NCBI RefSeq assembly: GCF_001194135.2
Contig: NC_068989.1
Coordinates: 8,642,492 to 8,706,491, forward strand
Source: Octopus bimaculoides
Taxonomy: Eukaryota
Reading direction: 5' to 3'
DNA length: 64,000 bases
The translations under genes and the position numbers were made by a program. Below are positions 53,444-64,000 of the stretch, piece after piece (position 1 is the first letter of the stretch; every line of letters starts with the position of its first letter). Under the pieces are notes generated by a model. That model was not told where the DNA came from and searched no databases. It saw nothing but the letters and a program-made list of their open reading frames with translations.

Positions 53444-53445
<2 letters not shown>
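52990..53445 (-). mobile_element. Second copy of the same element, with an internal deletion of about 53 bp
   Basis: Shared CTACTTCTGCTCGTGATCAGAGATGCACATAT and other blocks; CCAAGAC is joined directly to AGTGCCTGG. Confidence 0.8.
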
Positions 53446-53536
<91 letters not shown>

Positions 53537-53551
53537 CATTATTATTATTAT
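53446..53551. repeat. (ATT)n microsatellite; another at about 53848-53924
   Basis: Read directly from the sequence. Confidence 0.93.
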
Positions 53552-53639
53552 GATTTGCTGAGGGCGACTTTGCCTCACCGAGGTTGACTTTGCGTTATTA
53601 TTATTAATACTGTTGTTGTTGCTGTTGTTGTTGTCGTTG

Positions 53640-53850
53640 AAGGCGGTGGGCTGGCAGAATCGTTACCACGCCGGACGAAATGCTTAGCGGTATTTCGCTC
53701 GTCGCTGCGATCTGAGTTCAAATTCTGCCGAGGTCGACTTTGCCTTTCATCCTTTAGGGGTCGATAACTTAAGTACCTGTAAAACACAGGGGTCGATCTG
53801 GTCGACTTACCCCACAAATTTTAGGCCTTATGCTTTTAGTAGAAAGAATT
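53640..53850 (+). mobile_element. SINE monomer
   Basis: GAAGGCGGTGGGCTGGCAGAATCGTTACCACGCCGGACGAAATGCTTAGCGG...GTCGACTTTGCCTTTCATCCTTTAGGGGTCGATAA...GGCCTTATGC. Confidence 0.85.
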
Positions 53851-53856
53851 ATTATC

Positions 53857-53924
<68 letters not shown>

Positions 53925-54517
53925 CTTTTGTAATTCTTTGTTTGACTGTATTATTCTCATATTATATTTCTTTACAATGGGTGGAAAGTAAAAAAAAAAA
54001 ACCCTTTGTTGGTTTACAACTGAGTCGTTTTGGAAAGTTACTTCCGTCCTATTTTGTTGTAAAAGTGAAGCCATTGATATTTGCCCTTTACTTTTTGCCA
54101 TTATTATTTATTTATCCATTTATGTGTTATTAGCACTAGATATTTGCTAGTTGCATTTTCTATAGGGAGGATCGAATAAAGATTTCCAATGGAATACCCT
54201 GCAAGCAGTATCTGATCTGGCATCTCATTTGCGAGAACAATAATTCAATGGTGGACAAAAGTCGGAACTCGAATTCGTTATGACTCTCGTACTTGCACAC
54301 ACACGCGCGCGCGGTAAGACACAGATAAACAAGCAATGCAGAGAGAGAGGGAGATAGAGAGAAAGAGGGAAAGAGGACGAGAGAGAGAAAGTGGAAGAGA
54401 CAAAGGAAGAGAGACAGACATAAAGAGAGGGAGATTGTTGACAGGCGTACATACATATTGCTGTGCAGGCAGGGCATTCTCATATACGCATACATGTGTA
54501 TGTGTCTGACTACGTGA

Positions 54518-54609
<92 letters not shown>

Positions 54610-55015
54610 TGCCATCTGATTATGACTGTAAAATAGAAGTCGGTAACCATCTCTGCACAACACAAGTAGGGGGCTGAAATTTTAGTTTGAAATTAAGGAA
54701 TACGCGGAAGAGGATACAGGGTGTTCACATACCAAGTTCTAATAATTTCTAGTTGATGGATATAGTTATGTATAGACATTGTCATTCTTTTTAGAAATCT
54801 TCAGTATAATTTAAACTGTACCTAATTTGAAGACAATGTGAAGACAAATATTTATTATAAAATTAAAGAGGAAATTAATTACAGTATGAAGGAAATTTGC
54901 AGTGAGTTTTCATTGTTTTTCCTCATACAACGTTGGTAGTTCAGGAATAGAGAAAACGAGAGACCGCATATATTTATGTATATGTGCAAGAATGTGTATG
55001 CATGTATATGTATGT

Positions 55016-55052
<37 letters not shown>

Positions 55053-56844
55053 TATTCCATATAGTGCTTCCATATTGTCAACAAAATTCTAATTTGTTTT
55101 CAGTAAGCTCAGAGGCTTGTTTTTAGAAAGGAAAACTACTGTCACTAGCTTCAATATAAGCAGCAGCGTGAGAATGCTTAACTGTTTAATCAAAACACCG
55201 CCATTGAATTATCAAAGATATTGAAATTATCCAGGCTGCATCGGAAACAATAGCCATTATGGTTTATGATGCAGCAAGCTGAAAACTAAACGATTAACAC
55301 GTAATAAAAACCTAGAATCATCAAATATATATGATGCGAAATATGCTTCTTGGTTATGTGTGCATGTACATGTTTATATATCTGCGGGTTGGTTATCTCT
55401 TAATAATTCCTTGGCTATATACCGACTTGAAGAAAGTAAATGGGCGTATAATAGAGGAAATCTGGTATTTAATATAATGTATTTTTATGATTGATTAACG
55501 AATTTTAGAACTAGTGTCCAACATATTGGCGAATTTGATATCAAAAAGATGCCGGAATGTTTTATTAATATCTTTCTATTTTTACGTTACCTCTGTCTTC
55601 ATTGTCTAACACTGCCTATTGCATTCCCTCTGATAATTATCCCATTATGGTAAAGAGTATTCATTTTATTATGGAAATAAGTGATTCTTAGAAAAATTGG
55701 GGAATGCTTGCCGCTACAATTCGACAACTATACGTACGCACACACGCACACACACACACACAGATATATATGTATATATNNNNNNNNNNNNNNNNNNNNN
55801 NNNNNNNNNNNNNNNNNNNNNNNNNNNNNNNNNNNNNNNNNNNNNNNNNNNNNNNNNNNNNNNNNNNNNNNNNNNNNNNNNNNNNNNNNNNNNNNNNNNN
55901 NNNNNNNNNNNNNNNNNNNNNNNNNNNNNNNNNNNNNNNNNNNNNNNNNNNNNNNNNNNNNNNNNNNNNNNNNNNNNNNNNNNNNNNNNNNNNNNNNNNN
56001 NNNNNNNNNNNNNNNNNNNNNNNNNNNNNNNNNNNNNNNNNNNNNNNNNNNNNNNNNNNNNNNNNNNNNNNNNNNNNNNNNNNNNNNNNNNNNNNNNNNN
56101 NNNNNNNNNNNNNNNNNNNNNNNNNNNNNNNNNNNNNNNNNNNNNNNNNNNNNNNNNNNNNNNNNNNNNNNNNNNNNNNNNNNNNNNNNNNNNNNNNNNN
56201 NNNNNNNNNNNNNNNNNNNNNNNNNNNNNNNNNNNNNNNNNNNNNNNNNNNNNNNNNNNNNNNNNNNNNNNNNNNNNNNNNNNNNNNNNNNNNNNNNNNN
56301 NNNNNNNNNNNNNNNNNNNNNNNNNNNNNNNNNNNNNNNNNNNNNNNNNNNNNNNNNNNNNNNNNNNNNNNNNNNNNNNNNNNNNNNNNNNNNNNNNNNN
56401 NNNNNNNNNNNNNNNNNNNNNNNNNNNNNNNNNNNNNNNNNNNNNNNNNNNNNNNNNNNNNNNNNNNNNNNNNNNNNNNNNNNNNNNNNNNNNNNNNNNN
56501 NNNNNNNNNNNNNNNNNNNNNNNNNNNNNNNNNNNNNNNNNNNNNNNNNNNNNNNNNNNNNNNNNNNNNNNNNNNNNNNNNNNNNNNNNNNNNNNNNNNN
56601 NNNNNNNNNNNNNNNNNNNNNNNNNNNNNNNNNNNNNNNNNNNNNNNNNNNNNNNNNNNNNNNNNNNNNNNNNNNNNNNNNNNNNNNNNNNNNNNNNNNN
56701 NNNNNNNNNNNNNNNNNNNNNNNNNNNNNNNGTGTGTATATAAATTATATAAACGTTTAAATATGCATACATACATATTTATATTTATTTATTTATTTAT
56801 TTATTTAGATAATACAGATAATTAGATAGATAGATGGATGGATG

Positions 56845-56880
<36 letters not shown>

Positions 56881-57369
56881 CATACATACATACATACATA
56901 CATACATACATACATACATACATACATACAAGCACGCATACATTATAACAATGTACGACCATGAATTTTCTTAAAAGTAGACTAAATTAGTCTTAATTGG
57001 GCATGTTTCTCGATTAACAGATTGTATCGTAAAGCAGCTTTTAAGAACATCAACCTTAGCAACGGCAAATAATGGCTTCTCTAATGACCGCAAAAACTAC
57101 AATTACAGCAGCAAGAGAAACAGCAGCAGATGTAGTGGTAATTACAGTGACCACATCAAAGGAATACAACAAAATAGTATTCTTACATTTCAGATGATAT
57201 TAAAACTCTTTCATCTTATAGACTCAAATCTACAAGTGAATGGTGTACAGTTGCATTGTTTTTCATCATCGCAAGTTGTATAATGATAAATAATGGTCCA
57301 TTACTACCATGAGTACGCATGCAACTGTCTATCTATCTATCTATCCATCCACCCATCTTTCCATCTATC

Positions 57370-57417
<48 letters not shown>

Positions 57418-58265
57418 TGAGGAGGGTATTGGATTTAACCAAACCCAGGAGGATACAGGTAATACCGAGTAAGTGCTGTATACTGATTAGTTTGCCCCAG
57501 TCGTTGTATGAACAGGATTGGGTATTATAAGTCGTGTAGGAATGGGAGTGTCCTTAAGGGAGAAACCAAGAATCTCTTTATCCATTATATTTTATGGAGT
57601 TACCCGTTAATATATGTACCTCTGCTATCTATGCTATATCAACTTTCGTTCCAACATAAATTTCCGGATTATTCACACAAGGATTACTTTGCACGGATTT
57701 CTACACGGATATTTACCACTGGAATGAAACTACACTTCAAGTACTGTTCTCTCTTTTTCAGCACATCACAATCTTTACCACTTCATACTAAAAATATCCG
57801 CCTATGGATATAATAATAGATTACTTTATTTTTTCTGTCTCCGATTAAGGGAAGTACTGGATCTTCCCAGAAACAGCTGTAAGACTCTATCCATAAAATT
57901 CTTCAACCTTACCTTTGCTCTCTTTATCTTTTTGTTTTTATATANNNNNNNNNNNNNNNNNNNNNNNNNNNNNNNNNNNNNNNNNNNNNNNNNNNNNNNN
58001 NNNNNNNNNNNNNNNNNNNNNNNNNNNNNNNNNNNNNNNNNNNNNNNNNNNNNNNNNNNNNNNNNNNNNNNNNNNNNNNNNNNNNNNNNNNNNNNNNNNN
58101 NNNNNNNNNNNNNNNNNNNNNNNNNNNNNNNNNNNNNNNNNNNNNNNNNNNNNNNNNNNNNNNNNNNNNNNNNNNNNNNNNNNNNNNNNNNNNNNNNNNN
58201 NNNNNNNNNNNNNNNNNNNNNNNNNNNNNNNNNNNNNNNNNNNNNNNNNNNNNNNNNNNNNNNNN

Positions 58266-58811
58266 GTTGTTTTCTGTTGCAGCCCTCCCGTGAAATCCGG
58301 CTTTTTGCAGCTCCCGGTGAACAGTTTTTATAGAAACTAGGTTCTCGAGGTGGTCATTAAGCTCTGCAGTAATTTTGGGAGTTTTACTTTTGTGATTCTT
58401 TCTAACAATTCGCGTAAGAGTCCGACGATCCCTATTGAAAGTTTTGGTTTTCCTCCGAAGTTTTGTTTCGATGAGGAGGTTTTTCCCTCTTTCTATGCTT
58501 TCATTACTTTCGAGACAGTACTTCTTGATACACCAAACATTCCGGCTGTTTTCTTTACACTAGCACCTGCCATACGAGCACCAAGAATTTGACCTCTTTG
58601 AAAGTCCGATATATCTGTGATTTTAATGAATATTAATTAACTTTTCCTGATGATATGTGAAAGGAAACAATAAACTTAGCAAATCATATTAAGCAACACT
58701 CATAATAAATCAAAAAACATAAAAATAAACAAGCTTTTGACAGTTTTATAGATATTTCAATATTTTGATGTTATGATGCTACGTGTTTCCATTATATTAT
58801 TCAAATGGCTG
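58266..58811 (-). mobile_element. Tc1 transposon 5' part with decayed transposase N-terminus, truncated by an assembly gap
   Basis: From 58621: ITDISDFQRGQILGARMAGASVKKTAGMFGVSRSTVSKVMKA*KEGKTSSSKQNFGGKPKLS / DRDRRTLTRIVRKNHKSKTPKITAELNDHLENLVSIKTVHRELQKAGFHGRAA, the paired-like HTH region of Tc1. Degenerate TIR at about 58783-58811. Confidence 0.88.
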
Positions 58812-58833
58812 CAGCTCTAAGCTGAAACTTTAA

Positions 58834-58874
<41 letters not shown>

Positions 58875-59595
58875 CATACATATATATATATAGATACATA
58901 TATATATATTTGTGTATGACCCTGCGATACATAAGTATATACATATATGTGTGTGTGCGTGTGCGCGTGTGTATACGTGTACATATATACATATATGTAT
59001 GTATATTAAGAGGGAAGGAAGAATGAAGCGCACAACACTTCAGAATCATGTGTGAGTGCATAGGTGCTAATATGTTGGGTGAGATTATATGAGTTTGTGT
59101 ATATGTATTTATATTAACGGACTTTCTACTGTATTCATTGGGATATACCCATGTAGGGAAAATAATATATATATATAATCCATCCATCAGCGAAACAGTC
59201 AAGTCTTGTATTAAAAAATACTCTACCGATGTGTTCCAATTTGCTTGTTTGTTGATTAAAAGTTTTCTCCATTTTCTTATTATATATATATATATGTGAC
59301 ATGACTGCCTAGGCTCTGTGTACTGTTTCACAATTTTTATTCTCACTCTATACTTGTTTCTTCCCGCAATATACAACGCTTGAATGTCGTACAGCATAAG
59401 AGTCTGATGAAGATGCAGCCTGCGAATATCGCATAACTTTCCATACGGAAGTTTTGCTAAAGTAACATTTAAAACAGTAATACCGAAAGAATTGCAAACG
59501 ACCATTAATGGTTTGCTAAACTTTTTCTTTGTTTTCTTATTCAGACCATATATTATATTACATTATATTATATTATACTATCGTATTATATAATG

Positions 59596-59780
59596 ATAGA
59601 TCGCTAACCAATACACATATTTTTTTCTCTCCTTGTTTCTTTCTGTGTTCCTTTCTGTGGAAGAGCGTAGGCTCGAAATGTTAAAGACTTTTTCAATTCC
59701 CGAGCGTTATACTAATACGTCTATTTGTTTTCTACACCACCTGTTTTCGTCTGTTTTTTTTTTTTTGTGAATTCTCCCTA
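59596..59780 (+). mobile_element. Dispersed repeat copy (see 42541-42735)
   Basis: Direct alignment with the 42541 copy. Confidence 0.8.
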
Positions 59781-60293
59781 CATATATATATATNNNNNNN
59801 NNNNNNNNNNNNNNNNNNNNNNNNNNNNNNNNNNNNNNNNNNNNNNNNNNNNNNNNNNNNNNNNNNNNNNNNNNNNNNNNNNNNNNNNNNNNNNNNNNNN
59901 NNNNNNNNNNNNNNNNNNNNNNNNNNNNNNNGAGAGAGAGAGAGAGAGAGAGGGGGGGGAGAAAGAGAGTGTGTGTATTAATGTGTATGTATGTTTGAAC
60001 ATATTCACAGTTTGCACTAGTATACTTCATGCAGTGAGACAAGAACGTTTAAATAATCACTTTCTGACCAAAGTAATAAAAATACATTGAAATTACGACC
60101 GTAATCCTGAGAACAAAAACAATTATCTGAATGGCTAATTCTGGTTTAAAAAGGACAAAGAAGACAATCTCAAAATTTTAATTAATAAGCATTGATTAAT
60201 TTGCTCTAATATGACCTCACTAGTGAAGCACAGAGCAATATAATGACTGAAGATTTTGCAGTGACTAGACAGATACTTCCCGTTCATAGGGTA

Positions 60294-60342
60294 CTTGTCT
60301 GATGACCCGGTGAACGTACAGGCGAAACACCAGAATAGCAAG
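60294..60342 (+). ncRNA. Degenerate type I hammerhead-ribozyme-like motif, probably inactive
   Basis: CTTGT-CTGATGA-CCCGGT GAACGT ACAGGC-GAAA-CACCAGAA-TA-GCAAG. All core nucleotides are present; stem I has 5 bp, stem II 4 of 6 pairs, and stem III a single pair. Confidence 0.25.
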
Positions 60343-60446
60343 AGACGGACTCGACCAAAATAAAATTTTATTAATCTCTACCGTGGTACTGAGTAATCTT
60401 TCTTCTAAGTTTCTAGCGAACGGTTATGTGTATGTGTATGGGGGAT

Positions 60447-60477
<31 letters not shown>

Positions 60478-60502
60478 GGTATATGTAAATACGCACACAT
60501 GC

Positions 60503-60554
<52 letters not shown>

Positions 60555-60819
60555 ATGTGTATGTACGTATATCTATCTCTCTATCTATAAATATATATAT
60601 ATATAAAGTTATGTTCGTGTGTATGTGTGTATATGTGTATATGTTTGTGCGTATATCTATCTATACATATATATAAAGCTATGTGCGTGTGAGTGTGTGT
60701 NNNNNNNNNNNNNNNNNNNNNNNNNNNNNNNNNNNNNNNNNNNNNNNNNNNNNNNNNNNNNNNNNNNNNNNNNNNNNNNNNNNNNNNNNNNNNNNNNNNN
60801 NNNNNNNNNNNNNNNNNNN

Positions 60820-60868
<49 letters not shown>

Positions 60869-61807
60869 TTTGTAGATATAAATCTGCTCTTCTCACTCAC
60901 TCCCGAAATGTCTTAATTGAGTGAATGTGTACGTTAAAAAAGAGCACTGTAGTCTCGGAATGAGAAAAGTGCCGCCCCTACTGAGCTACTGAGGCGATAT
61001 CATTCAGACACACGTCAAACATAAATACGAACGTGAAGTCTTCTAAGGTCCTCTTCTAAGATATTAAAGCCTATAGGTTGAAGACACCAGTCCAGTGGGT
61101 CAAACACTGGACCAAACTGGGGGCACAGGCCTGTGCATATGTGTCTTTACTACACAGTCATATCTGTGCATTGTATATATGTAAACACGTAGATATAACG
61201 GTATGCAATAAGTTATATAAGCAGATAAAAGGGAATATTCTTAGCATGCATATCTAATATAAACGAGCGTATGTGTGTGCGTATAGAGACATGTGTATGC
61301 CAGCTACTTAGGTGACATATATGTGTAGGTTTCAGTACGCGTGAGTGCACATATATGCGTGTCTGTGTGGTCGCGGTGAGTGAGTGTATTTCCCGGTAAT
61401 TACACAGTATCGGACGGTGTTTCACGCACTCAATCAGAATTGCATCTTAGTTGCCTGAAGTAAAATACTATTCAAAAAGCTTTATTTAATAAATTCAATT
61501 TGAACTTTCAGCTCAGAGTTTAACTTTTATTTATTTAAGCATTATTTTGATATTTGCTGTACGTATCTCAGTCCTGGTAATTATTCCCTTCTGTCGTTCA
61601 TCTTATCCTTCTCTTCGTCTCCTTAGGTCCCTGTCAACATCACTTTTATTTTTCTCTCTCTCTTTCAGTTAATTTCGTTTCAGTCAACTTCTTGTAACGC
61701 TTTCCAATATTCGTCTCTACTTTCATTTCTCTATCTTTCGTATGAATACACAGAGACAGATATACACACACACGCACACTCAGACACACATACACACAAA
61801 CATACAT

Positions 61808-61863
<56 letters not shown>

Positions 61864-61918
61864 GCATCTATATCTACATGCATTCATACATAATACATAC
61901 ATGCATACATACATACGT

Positions 61919-61962
<44 letters not shown>

Positions 61963-62006
61963 ACAGACAGGCAGGCAGACAGACAGACACACAGACATAC
62001 ATACAT

Positions 62007-62076
<70 letters not shown>

Positions 62077-62216
62077 GTATCATAAACCTGTATGATATGC
62101 AATTCGGCATGGCATATTAGTATACGCCTACACAAGTGAAACACGTTATAACAAAAGTAATATTATTTAACCGTACTTCCAGTATAACTGTCCATACACT
62201 AACACAAAACACACAA

Positions 62217-62249
<33 letters not shown>

Positions 62250-63158
62250 CACACACATGTATGTATGTATGTATGTATGTAGGCATGCTTTGCCGGCACT
62301 TGTATGTAACCTTACATCCTCNNNNNNNNNNNNNNNNNNNNNNNNNNNNNNNNNNNNNNNNNNNNNNNNNNNNNNNNNNNNNNNNNNNNNNNNNNNNNNN
62401 NNNNNNNNNNNNNNNNNNNNNNNNNNNNNNNNNNNNNNNNNNNNNNNNNNNNNNNNNNNNNNNNNNNNNNNNNNNNNNNNNNNNNNNNNNNNNNNNNNNN
62501 NNNNNNNNNNNNNNNNNNNNNNNNNNNNNNNNNNNNNNNNNNNNNNNNNNNNNNNNNNNNNNNNNNNNNNNNNNNNNNNNNNNNNNNNNNNNNNNNNNNN
62601 NNNNNNNNNNNNNNNNNNNNNNNNNNNNNNNNNNNNNNNNNNNNNNNNNNNNNNNNNNNNNNNNNNNNNNNNNNNNNNNNNNNNNNNNNNNNNNNNNNNN
62701 NNNNNNNNNNNNNNNNNNNNNNNNNNNNNNNNNNNNNNNNNNNNNNNNNNNNNNNNNNNNNNNNNNNNNNNNNNNNNNNNNNNNNNNNNNNNNNNNNNNN
62801 NNNNNNNNNNNNNNNNNNNNNNNNNNNNNNNNNNNNNNNNNNNNNNNNNNNNNNNNNNNNNNNNNNNNNNNNNNNNNNNNNNNNNNNNNNNNNNNNNNNN
62901 NNNNNNNNNNNNNNNNNNNNNNNNNNNNNNNNNNNNNNNNNNNNNNNNNNNNNNNNNNNNNNNNNNNNNNNNNNNNNNNNNNNNNNNNNNNNNNNNNNNN
63001 NNNNNNNNNNNNNNNNNNNNNNNNNNNNNNNNNNNNNNNNNNNNNNNNNNNNNNNNNNNNNNNNNNNNNNNNNNNNNNNNNNNNNNNNNNNNNNNNNNNN
63101 NNNNNNNNNNNNNNNNNNNNNNNNNNNNNNNNNNNNNNNNNNNNNNNNNNNNNNNNNA

Positions 63159-63276
63159 GAAGAAAGAGAAGGGGAGAAGAAAGAGAAGGGGAGAAGAAAG
63201 AGAAGGGGAGAAGAAAGAGAAGGGGAGAAGAAAGAGAAGGGGAGAAGAAAGAGAAGGGGAGAAGAAAGAGAAGGGA
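63159..63276. repeat. 17-bp purine minisatellite (GAAGAAAGAGAAGGGGA), about 7 copies, truncated by a gap
   Basis: Read directly from the sequence. Confidence 0.92.
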
Positions 63277-63289
63277 AGAAAAAGAAATG

Positions 63290-63342
<53 letters not shown>

Positions 63343-64000
63343 TGTAGGGGGAGGAAGAAGAAGAATAACAACAACTGTGTTATAAAGAATAAGAGACATT
63401 TATATTCCCCTAGAAAATTCGATGAAGATTTATTCTTTGTAAACTAACACATACATTTGTATGCACACACTCAAGCACTCCTTACACACACACACACATA
63501 TATGCATATATCCCTGTGCATATATATACACACACATATATATATCTATATCTATATCTATATAATTGTATATATATATATNNNNNNNNNNCACACACAC
63601 ACACACACACACACGCACACACACACACATGTATGTATGTATGTATGTATGTAGGCATGCTTTGCCGGCACTTGTATGTAACCTTACATCCTCCTATGTA
63701 TATTTACCTACCTTTTTGGCCTACGCAAGGTTTCTATAGGTATTTACATTTAAAAATTGTTTGAGATGCTATTTTCAGTTGTCTTGCGTGCGTTTGAGTG
63801 ACAGATTATGCGTACGAACGTATGTATATATATATGTGTGTATTTTATTTCTTTTCTACATGTGCGTGTGTGTGATATTTTTCAACGGTTTATTTCTTTT
63901 TCCCTTTATGAATTTTGGTTAACAAAACGCATTTACAAGTTTAAAATATAGATTTTCACGTGAGTTACTAAATATACATAGATATATATATATATATATA

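Overview
Eukaryotic, AT-rich, repeat-dense DNA from a draft assembly. It has 19 N-gaps totalling roughly 7 kb, almost all beside (AT)n, (AC)n or (AG)n microsatellites. The SINE families look like octopus (coleoid cephalopod) repeats; that is from recall, not a search. I found no confidently recognisable host protein-coding gene, rRNA, tRNA gene or CRISPR array, and nearly all long ORFs in the supplied track are microsatellite or N-gap artefacts. Supported content: many tRNA-derived SINEs (two with clear 16-20 bp TSDs), an RTE LINE 3' end, the restriction-like endonuclease end of an R4/Dong-like LINE, two Tc1 remnants, hAT and mariner MITEs with correct TSDs, and Helitron-like 3' ends. The most notable structure is a 2.28-kb element with apparently identical 295-bp terminal inverted repeats and an AT duplication, wrapped around older decayed cargo. 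Other leads: a 57-bp-arm hairpin whose mismatches are mostly G-U, a degenerate hammerhead-like core, an 82-bp direct-repeat unit, and a weak candidate + strand signal-peptide exon at 48697-48819. I see no convincing evidence of a new multi-gene system; the findings are leads of modest strength.
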